This document shows positions 12,182 through 22,072 of a stretch of 64,000 nt of DNA, piece by piece. The DNA comes from Phyllobates terribilis (Eukaryota): the NCBI RefSeq assembly GCF_046119375.1, contig NW_027362771.1:24862001-24926000 (forward strand). The letters are read 5' to 3'. Both the position numbers and the translations under genes were made by a program. Under the pieces are notes generated by a model. It was not told the origin of the DNA and made no database searches. It saw nothing but the letters and a program-made list of their open reading frames with translations. Every line of letters begins with the position of its first letter. Within the stretch, counting starts at the first letter, position 1.

Positions 12182-12493
12182 TATATATTATAAATACAAA
12201 TACAGATACGTACCAAGACCTTGAGGCTACAGAAGAGCATATCATGGAATCAGAAAGTCCCTGTTAGCAATGTGGAAATCTACTATATTTGTCCATGATT
12301 TATTTGTAGTGCAATGTTAATTAACATCACACAGCGCTAACCACAGATACCGACCAGATGCCATCCATATATAGAAAAAGAAAAAGTCCCACAGGTAAGT
12401 GACCACTGTAGAAATCTCTTCACCTCGAAAATCCAGGACAGCTGAATAGCCCATCGATAGCACGAGTGGTGTATGAAGCGTCAAGAGGAAGGT

Positions 12494-14239
12494 TGTTGTG
12501 ATCTGCTACAAGCACTAAGGAAAGACAGGAGATCTGTCCCTACAATAGAACTAAGCTAGATCCCTACGATGTAACGGGGAACCTGATCCTGCGATCAGAC
12601 CCGCTAAAGTCCTCAGCTAGTCTGAACGAAGACCTATAGATGTGAGGGAGGGATACCTACAAGAACTAGGGACTGGGAGAAAGATGGACACCTCCTAGCA
12701 GAAATTGTAGCAGTAAAAATACAAACAAACAACATAGAACATAGAGGTCAAAAGACCTAGCTAAACTGACTGAAAAAGGTTACAAAGCACCTGGCTAGCT
12801 TAAGAGTAGAAATTACAATGAAGTCCAGCATGGCCAGAAGGGCGGAGCAGGATTAAATAGGCAAAAAAGGTCATGTGACCAGCAAAATAGAAAAAACCTA
12901 ACAGGAGAGTTCTAACAGTACCCCCTCTTCTATGAGGATCATCCGGATCCCCTAGGCCCAGACTTATCAGGAAACCTCTTGTGAAACGCTCTGACAAGTC
13001 TGGAAGCAGAAACATCATCTGCCCTCACCCATGAGTTATCCTCGGGACCGAAATCCTTCCAAGCGACGAGATACTGCAAACTCCCCCTATACCGTCTAGA
13101 ATTAAGGATGCGGGAAATTTCATATTCCCCGTCCTCCACCACCGGAGGAACAGTGGCAGTGGCGTCTCTATCTGATACATCAGCTTTTTTCAATAGAGAA
13201 ACATGAAACACCGGATTAATCTTCCAGGAGGTAGGAACCTCCAACCTAACAGCAGATTGGTTAACCCTTTCACCTAGCCCAGCAAGAAACAAACTTTTCA
13301 GAGCTGAATCATTCCACCCCACCTGAGCAGACCACCGACGGAAGTGAGTACAATAATTTTCCACATTACCTGATCCCTGCCTCAAAAGTCTCAATTCCAT
13401 CTCAGCTGATGAGACACGATCAGGATCATCATACAACAACCCCAAAGCAGAAAAAAAACTATCCACTGATCTAAAGCTTGGATCACTAGGTTGGAGAGAA
13501 AAGGCCCATCCCTGAGGTTCTTTGCGCAAAAGTGACATTATGAACCCTATGCGCTGTGATTCATCACCAGAGGATCTGGGTCTCAAACAAAAATACAATA
13601 AACAAGCATATTTAAAGGAAAAAAAATCTTGTTGTTCACCAAAAAATAAATCAGGCAATCGTACCTTTGGCTCCACAAAATGCGCTCCAGAACAGCTACT
13701 CACGTGTTGTTAGAGCTTGGCCACCTCCAGAGAGAGTCCCTGCAGGCGTTGAGCCAAATCCTGAACCGACACCATGATGGAAACTGGAGGTCTTTCCTTA
13801 GAGATATTTTTTGGCTGGACTTACTGTTACAAGCACTAAGGAAAGACAGGAGATCCGTCCCTACAATATAACTAAGCTAGATCCCTACGATGTAACGGGG
13901 AACCTGATCCTGCGATCAGACCCGCTAAAGTCCTCAGCTAGTCTGAACGAAGACCTATAGATGTGAGGGAGGGATCCCTACAAGAACTAGGGACTGGGAG
14001 AAAGATGGACACATCCTAGCAGAAATTGTAGCAGTAAAAAGACAAACAAACAACATAGAACATAGAGGTCAAAAGACCTAGCTAAACTGACTGCGAAAGG
14101 TTACAAAGCACCTGGCTAGCTTAAGAGTAGAAATTACAATGAAGTCCAGCATGGCCAGAAGGGCGGAGCAGGATTAAATAGGCAAAAAAGGTCATGTGAC
14201 CAGCAAAATAGAAAAAAACCTAACAGGAGAGTTCTAACA
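12494..14239 (-). mobile_element. Internally deleted chromovirus (Tf1/sushi-type Gypsy) with two near-identical ~420-bp LTRs (12494-12917 and 13825-14239)
   Basis: TG...CA LTR termini, PPT agaagagggggtac next to the 3' LTR, and remnants of gag and of the integrase C-terminus with a chromodomain. Confidence 0.9.
12939..13703 (-). CDS. In-frame fusion of Gag N-terminus with integrase tail and chromodomain (254-aa open frame)
   Basis: EPKVRLPDLFFG...SLFLAGLGERV joins NQSAVRLEVPTSWKINPVFHVSLLK...YEISRILNSR..LQYLVAWKDFGPEDNSW. The natural gag ATG (about 13775) is separated from this frame by a TAA. Confidence 0.7.
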   Translation of the reverse strand: MSSCSGAHFVEPKVRLPDLFFGEQQDFFSFKYACLLYFCLRPRSSGDESQRIGFIMSLLRKEPQGWAFSLQPSDPSFRSVDSFFSALGLLYDDPDRVSSAEMELRLLRQGSGNVENYCTHFRRWSAQVGWNDSALKSLFLAGLGERVNQSAVRLEVPTSWKINPVFHVSLLKKADVSDRDATATVPPVVEDGEYEISRILNSRRYRGSLQYLVAWKDFGPEDNSWVRADDVSASRLVRAFHKRFPDKSGPRGSG

Positions 14240-14265
14240 GTTTTAGCCACACATAGAATACACGA

Positions 14266-15525
14266 TCTATAATATAACCGGCCAAGCGTCCCTCTGTCTG
14301 AAGCCCCTATAGACTGCACATATGTGACGCGCAGTCTTGCTCCAGACAGAAGCACGCATGGAGCCGTTACAGGTAAGAGGAGTGTATGGCGCCGGAGATC
14401 GTGGTATAAGTAGACACTGAACGCATGCCGCGATCTTCGGCGCCATACTTACATACTTACCTGACCGGGAGGAGCGTAGCCGCGGCGCCTCTCTTTTTGC
14501 CCCAGACCAGGGGCGGAGGGAAGGCGTTGGAATCAGCACATGAGCATACCGCTATCCGGCACCATTTTTCTGAACACAGATTTGCAGTGTGTATTCAGCA
14601 TAATGGCGCCGGACAGCGCGGTGCTCTGACGACGCACTACTCCCCCGGCCTCCGGTAGAACAGGCACAGCAGCGCTGGAGCACAGGGATGAAAGGTGAGT
14701 ATAAGTGTTTATTTTTTTGTATGTGTGCAGAGGAGTACCATCCATACCAGGATTGGGCAGTAAGGGGGCCACACATTCCAGGATTGGGGGATGAGGGGTA
14801 CCATGTATACCAGGATTGGGAAAAGAAGGGTGCCATGCATACCAGGATTGAGGGATGAGGAGTACCATGCATACCAGGATTGAGGTGTGAGGGGTACCAT
14901 GTATACCAGGATTGAGGTGTGATGGGTACCATGCATTCCAGGATTGAGGGGTGAGGAGTACCATGCATAACAGGATTGAGGGGTGAGGGGTACCACGCAT
15001 ACCAGGATTGAGGGGTGAGGGGTACCATGTATACCAGGATTGAGGTGTGATGGGTACCGTGCATTCCAGGATTGGAGGATGAGGGGCGCCATGCATACCA
15101 GGATTGTGGGTGAGGGGTGCCATGAATACAGGATTGGGGGTGAGGGGTACCATGCATTCCAGGATAGGGATGAGGCATGCCATGCATACCAGGATAGGGA
15201 TGAGGGGTGCCATGCATACCAGGATTAGTGGTGAGGGGTGCCATTCATACCAGGATTGAGGGTGAGGGGTGCCATACGTACCAGGATTGAGGGTGAGGGG
15301 TGCCATGCATACCAGGATTGGGGGTAAGGGGTGCCATGCATACCAGGATAGGGATGGGCGTGCCATGCATTCCAGGATAGGCATGACAGCAGCAAATAAC
15401 AGGATGGGGAAACAGGATTGGGGAGCACAAATACAAGGATGGGGGGCAGCACAAATACCTGCATGGGAGACCATATACCAATAAAAATGCTCGCCACCCG
15501 GGCGTAGAACGGGCTCAATAGCTAG
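14266..15525 (+). mobile_element. Non-autonomous Helitron
   Basis: 5' end TCTATAATATAA after an A; 3' hairpin CCCG...CGGG followed by CTAG and then a T. Inserted at A|T with no TSD. Confidence 0.8.
14745..15400. repeat. ~31-bp G-rich minisatellite inside the Helitron
   Basis: Unit accaggattgagg(g)gtgaggggt(a/g)ccatgcat, roughly 20 copies. Confidence 0.93.
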
Positions 15526-17613
15526 TCTAATATAAAGCAAAATACTAGTTAAAAACAATAAAAGACACAAATGACAATAAAAGCATCTCCCCATCCACCC
15601 ACAAAACCACAACTAGCCAAATCCAGAAAACAACTTACAAGAAAGCACTGAAACCAAAATTTTCATTAAGACCAATAGGTGCCACTGTTTTAAGTCTAAA
15701 GATCCATTTGCTCTCGGTCTGAGATAGCATCCTACCAAGATTCCCACCCCTAAGGCCCATGGACACTTGGTCTATGGCTTTAACTTTCAGCAAGTTGGCG
15801 TCACTTTGATGACATAGGTAAAAGTGTTTAGGTAGAGTCTTAAGTTGAGTCACATCTTCAGTGGTTTTGCTTTTTTCGATGTCCCTTACATGGTCCCTTA
15901 CATGATCCTGAGTTCTTACTCTTACTTCTCTGGTGGTTATTGACTACGAACGAGAAGGCCTTTCAAATTTTTAGATCTGCATGCCGTAATAGATGGGCAT
16001 TCTGACAGACATTTTTTGAGAATGGGGTCAACCCGGAGAACATTCCAATGTTTCTGAATGATTCTCCTCAGACCCATCCACTGGTCATTAAAAGTTGTTA
16101 TCAGCCGAATTGGATTTGTATTGTCACTGGAATCACTTGATTTGGTTTTATACAAGACATCATTACGAGATGTCTGCTTTGCCCTAAAGTTTCCTCCCTA
16201 AATCTGATGGCGGTTATTTCCCCTTTCTTTAAAGAGCCATTTGAGATCCTCTGCCTGTCTCTCAAAGGAGAGGTCATTTGAACAAATACGCCTTAGTCTA
16301 AAAAATTGCCCCACTGAAATACCCTTGATAGTTGATGCTGGATGTGAAGAACTCACATGCAATAGAGAGTTTGTTGATGTGGGCTTCCTAAAGACATCCG
16401 TATGCAGGTCACCATTGGGTAATGTGGTGATATTAATGTCCAAAAAGTCCAAGTTTCTTCCTGCTCTGTAGGAAACTTGACATTGATGTTATTCAAGTTT
16501 AATCTGTTCATCAGGCACTCAAGTTCTAAATTAGTGCCCTCCCAGATAAACCAAACGTCATCTATTAACCTCCATCCATTGTTAGATCTTCACAATGCCA
16601 GGTATTGTGTCCACCATGAAAATATCTCTTTCCCACGCTCCAAGAAATAAATTTGCGTAGCTGGGTGCACATGCTGCACCCATTGCAGTACCTTGAGTTT
16701 GAAGAAAGATCTGTTTGTCAAATATTAAATAATTATGTGTATGGATGAATGCTAACAATATTAGTAAAAGTTCAGTCAGAGCGGGCTTTATGTTGCTGGA
16801 TTAAAGAAAGAAACTGCCCTCAAGCCATCCTCATGCCTTATCGAAGTATATAGCGATTCTACATCGGCAACTACCATAGTCATATTTGGTGCCAGATTTA
16901 TGCTATCGAGACGATGTATGGCGGCAGTTGTGTCTTTGACATATGATGGTAAAGTCAATACAAGTGGCTTGAGGTAAAGATCGATGGTAACACATATGAG
17001 TTCAAATAAGCTCCCGATGCTCGCTACTATCGGTCTCCCAGGGGGATCAAGTAAGTTTTTATGAACTTTGGGGATGATATAGAAGGTCGATATGCGAGGG
17101 TGCAGTTCCTTAACACTATCCACCATTTTCTTCAAAATTATCCCTTGCTCAAATCCTTTTTCTAGGATTTCAACCAATTCCAGCTGGAAGGAGATAGTAG
17201 GGTTACTAGACAGTTTACAGTAACAACGTGTATCATTAAGTCATTTTTGAGCCTGTTTTTCATAGGCCTCCTTGGGCCAGTTAACAACATTGCCGCCTTT
17301 ATCGGCTGGTTTATACACAACATCCTGCCAGCTCTGTAATTCCTTTAGGGCCAGTTGTTCTGTCCTATTAAGGTTCTTTTTTGATTTATCGGACTCAAAA
17401 GCCAGATTTTCAATGTCAGCGGAGACAAGTTTCGTAAAGATATCTACCGCAGGACATAAACTGATGGGTGGAAATTTCTTAGATTTACAATACAAATGTG
17501 TGGGGAAACTACTCACCTCATTAGGGGTAGAATTTTCTTCACTTAGAGATTCTTAGATGGCCAATGCCTCCTGTTCGTCCTTGGTGGTAAACACATCATT
17601 TGTTTGTTTAGAG

Positions 17614-18993
17614 CAGACTTGGGCAAAGTGCGGCCCGCGGGCCACATTCGGCCCTCTGGCTGTTCCAGTCCGGCCCGTGGACCAAGACTGCCAAGGGGCT
17701 GATAACAGTGGCCCACGGGCCGCACTATGCCCTTCCCAGCTCACACACATGCCGTCACTGCCCGCCCACACGCCGTCACCGCTGTCTCAATCCGCTGTGA
17801 ATGCATTGGTGGAGGAGGGGCCGCTACCTCGCTCTTCCATCAATCAGCATTAGAAACAGCTGACGCGATGGCGTCAGCCTGTGCACTGCGGAGAGTCAGT
17901 GCTTCTCAGACAGGAGCGCCAGGGGAACAGGGTGTGAGGTAAGTATATGCTGGACATACGGGGGGCTTTAATGATGGACACAGGGGGGGCACTCTCATGC
18001 TGGACGAAGGGGGGGCTTTAATGCTGGACACAGGGGGGGTACTCTCAGGCTGAACACAGGGGGGCTCTCATGCTGGACACAGGGAGGCTCTCATGCTGGA
18101 CACGGGGGGGCTCTCATGCTGTACACAGGGGGACTCTCTCATGCTGGACACAGAGGGGCTCTCATGCTGGACACAGGAGGGGCTGTCATGCTGGACACAG
18201 GGGGGGCTGTCAGGCTGGACACTGGGGAGGGCTGTCAGGCTGGACACTGGGGAGGGCTGTCATGCTGGAGACACTGGGGGGCTCTCATGCTGGACAATAA
18301 GGAGGGCTGTCATGCTGGACACAGGGGTGCTCTCATACTGGAAACTGGGGGGCTTTAATGCTGGGCACTGGGAGGCTTTAATGCTGGGCACTAAGGAGGG
18401 CTGTCATACTGGAAACTAGGGAGGGCTGTCATGCTGGACACTGGGGAGGGCTGTCATGCTGGACACTGGGGAGGGCTGTCATGCTGGACACTGGGGAGGG
18501 CTGTCATGCTGGACACTGGGGAGGCTCTTGGGCTCTCATACTGGACATGAGGGGGCTGTGTGAGGCTCATGCTGGACATGAGGGGGCTGTGTGGGGCTCA
18601 TGCTGGACACGGGAGGGATGTGTGGGGCTCATGCTGGCCACGGGGGGGCTGTGTGGGGCTCATGCTGAACATGGGGGGGCTGTGTGGGGCTCATGCTGGC
18701 CTTGTGGGGCTGTGTGGGACTCATAATGGACATGGGGGGCTGTGTAGGGCTCATGCTGTATATAGAGAGGCTGTGTGGGGGCTCAAGCTGTATATAGGGG
18801 GATGTCAGCACACTTAATTCTGCTCAATATTAAGTTACACAATTCATATTTATGTAATCATTAATAATAATAATTAGAATTAATATGTTAATATTAATAT
18901 TGAGCAGAATTAATTTCAGCCTATTGGTTCGGCCCTCCCCAACAGTCACAGTCTCTCATGTGGCCCCTCGGGAAAATTAATTGCCCACCCCTG
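17614..18993. mobile_element. hAT (Charlie/Buster-type) MITE
   Basis: Termini CAGACTTGGGCAA... and ...TTGCCCACCCCTG; perfect 8-bp TSD GTTTAGAG with a central TA; GGCCCGCGGGCC subterminal motif. Confidence 0.92.
17955..18790. repeat. ~20-21-bp minisatellite inside the MITE
   Basis: Unit gggggct(c/g)tcatgctggacac, grading into ggggctgtgtggggctcatgctg. Confidence 0.92.
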
Positions 18994-19069
18994 GTTTAGA
19001 GTGTAGTTTCCTCCTGCGAGCAAACAAATGGACATCTTTTATAGCTACAAAGGGATCTAAAGACCAAGA

Positions 19070-19973
19070 GGCTTAGTGCCCACGGTGCAGAAATGCTGCA
19101 TATTTTTTCCGCTTCTCCCTGGCAGAAAAATGCATGCAGATTTTACATGCGTTTCTCCTGCCAGTTAAAAGCGTTTGTCAATCGTTTTTACATGCATTTT
19201 GTGCATGTGGGTTATCAAGCGCTTTTCCAAGCGATTTTAGCATCTCTTGGAAAAGTGCTTGACAACTTGGTCACACTATATAAATCCTTGCAACCGGAAT
19301 GGATTTATATAGTGTGACCAAGTAATAGTTAAAAAAAAGATAAGGAATGGTAATAAATAAAAAATAAAGATTATACTTACCTTCCGATGGCCCCCGGTGT
19401 TTTTTCCGCTACGTCCGGTCTGTTGTATGGCTCGCGGTGGTGTGAAATGACCTGCCATGACGTCATTTAGTCATGTGACAGGTCACGCGACAGCCGATGT
19501 CAGCAGTCACGTGACCTGTCACATGACTAAATTACGTCATGGCAGGTCCTTTCAAACCACCGCGACACATACAACAGACCGGACGCATCGCTGAGGAGAC
19601 CGGGGGCCATCGAAAGGTAAGTACAATCTTTATTTTTTATTTTACTTTTTTTTTTTTTAACAGGTTCTATGGTACCCGAGTCTGGAGGAGAGTCTCCTCT
19701 TCTCCAAACCCGGGTACCATCCGCACATTGAATCGCATAATATCCGCTTGTGCTCATGTACTCATACGGATGTTATGTGTCCGCAAAATAATGACATGAG
19801 GCGTATTTTGCCGCAATGATAATCTGCAGCGGAAATTTCCGCAACATGTGCAGAGCACATGCGGATTATCATTGGGGACCATGGGGCACATATTACCAAG
19901 CATTTTTTAAGTGTTTTCACTGCGGAAATTCCGCGGCAAAAACACTTGAAAAACAAACAGTGGGCACGCAGCC
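19070..19973. mobile_element. PIF/Harbinger-type MITE (same family as 41970-44463)
   Basis: TIR GGCT..GTGCCCAC / GTGGGCAC..AGCC and a 3-bp TSD AGA. Removing it restores the PLE sequence seen at 61815-61835. Confidence 0.85.
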
Positions 19974-21211
19974 AGAAGGTGAAAATGATAAGCCTTTCTC
20001 CAGGACCTGTATTTGAATATTGGTCAAAACATGTGTAGAGAGGTTAATTACCTTATTACAAAATCTTCTCTGTTCCCTATTTCTGTGTGGTCTTACAGGG
20101 GAAACTTGATATCCACGCTTTCCCGCATATCTTGTACGGGGACCGTCATTACCTGAGCTGTTCGATTCCTTATTAGAGATATCCGACGTAGATGGCAACG
20201 AGATCATAGAATTACTCCGTAATAATGATTTTTTTCGTTTATTTGTGGAATCACGATATTGCCACAGAAAGATCTTCTGATTCTCATAGTCTGTTACATC
20301 ACTGGAGAATTTTTTCATTTTCCCTGAACTGATTTCCTGCTCCCATTTTTCTAAATCCTTATCACACTCGTTGGAGTGTTTCTCAAGGGCTTCTGTTGAT
20401 AATTCTTGTTTCATAATTTTTTGAAATTGTTCAATTTCATCATCAACAGACTTCAATGATAGTGTATTTTTTCAATGATGATCTCTATGAATGAGACAGA
20501 ACAGCTTGTGGCTGCTTCTATCCATCTCTTCACCAGATCCTCATTGTCCAAATAAAACGTAGGGAAAAGTTGAACCATAAGACCCCTAGCGATAATTTTG
20601 CATTTGAGATAGTTCTCTAATGTGGCTCTTGTCCACCATATTTTTATATTTACATATTGTTTCTTTATGACTAGATGTGGTTTCATTAAAAACAGTGGAG
20701 GTACTTGACTTTAACAAATCAGAGGTCTTAGTGAGCCATGAGAGTTCTCTGGCTTTCAAATCCATAGGTACTACACTTGGGACTATCTGTTTAAACAGAG
20801 AAAAGATACAATTATAATCAAACAACCATAATCGTCCTACAAACTCCAATAGAGTTGCTGACAAAATATAGACATTGGTATCATATAGTTCGGCCCACAA
20901 AAAATATGATTAGAGACCAAACTGATTCAGCAAACTTAAGAGTAACAAAACAATAATAATGTTGTGTACACATACAAACATAAAAAATGATAAAAAAGCA
21001 CCTCCAAACTGTGAGGGACACTGGAGTACATCTGACCTGAGGTGTATGTTCACATAAAGTGTGCTACTACTCTTAGGTATTCTGGAATATAAATACTATC
21101 CCATACATTAGTCATTAAGCAAGTGCTAAAGTGGTAAACGGGTGATATATATTGATGACATATCGTAGCAAAGCCTCAATAGTTGTACCAGTGTAATGCA
21201 AGGTCCCTCTT

Positions 21212-21249
21212 CCCCTTTGTACGTTTCATCATCCGACTTCCTCAGGGGG
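21212..21249 (-). ncRNA. Degenerate hammerhead motif (5' pLTR copy)
   Basis: CCCC-CUGAGGA-A-GUC(GGAU)GAU-GAAAC-GUAC-AAA-GGGG. The core and stem II are retained, but the GUU cleavage triplet is replaced by AAA. Confidence 0.55.
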
Positions 21250-22072
21250 CGTGGTGTTAACCGGGAAGTGTGCTAGTTTTATGTGTAGCATCGACCAATG
21301 TGGGGCAGAGGATGGTATCATATGACCCAGATGACATCTGACAATATCGGTGCATGACCACCCCACCTACAGCTCCTGATCATGTGACTTCTGGTTTCCG
21401 GCCCGTGGAACACACGCCAGCAGCGTCCCCAAGGTAACAGGAGACGCGCCGCACATGCGCTCCCACTATGGCCGGATTCCCCGAAGTCAGGAGTGCAGAC
21501 GTAAGGCGCATGCGCACTGACAGATGAGAACATATGCGGTGCGCTAGGAAAAAGAATGAGGTATATAGTGTCGTGTGTAGAAGAGATCATATGGGAGAAA
21601 AGGCTGCTGAGAACGTGTGACAGTATAATTATGTGTCCAAATAGTGTGAGAGTGAAAACTAATAGTGAGACACTGCAATAAAGATATATATTAAAGGTGA
21701 TCACAGATTGAGATGTGAAAAACTGTTGCTCAGTTCTACAAAATCTCAATAAAGTATAGTGACTTAGGGTATATAATGTGTATTGCACTTAATTGTGTTT
21801 AATGTTAGACTAGCAAGTGTGCATTAACATGATAATAATACAAAAAACACATTTTAGACCAACATAAGAATTACCGTGAATTAAAGTGCTAAGTGCAATA
21901 TGAAGTGAACAAATATATATATCATAATAAAACAAGTAGGAAATTGCAGCACTAATAAAAGCCATATAGCACATAAAAAAGCCTGCATTATATGTACAGT
22001 CAAAGAAGAAATATCTCTCAAGGTAATTATAAATATAAATATATATATAGATATATATATATATATATACAT

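Larger units (their letters stand above)
15635..20765 (-). pseudogene. PLE polyprotein (N-terminal extension, RT, GIY-YIG), broken by frameshifts, two MITE insertions and a ~215-bp deletion of the Cys linker and GIY-YIG start
   Basis: ATG at 20765 (MDLKARELSW...), motif KII(A/P)RGL, RT motifs, C-terminus ...GLNENFGFSAFL-stop. The deletion is seen by comparison with 63580-63797. Confidence 0.88.

Noticed and set aside
14453-14475. U1 snRNA gene (ATACTTACCTG matches the U1 5' end)
   Set aside because: The match stops after 11 nt and no U1 stem-loops or Sm site follow. It is better read as a minus-strand splice-donor motif.
14533-15612. 359-aa and 230-aa Pro/His-rich ORFs, and similar ORFs at 18070-18817
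   Set aside because: They are translations of minisatellites that happen to lack stops in some frames.
21212-21249. Active ribozyme in the 5' pLTR
   Set aside because: The NUH cleavage triplet and stem III pairing are lost, so it is listed only as a degenerate copy.
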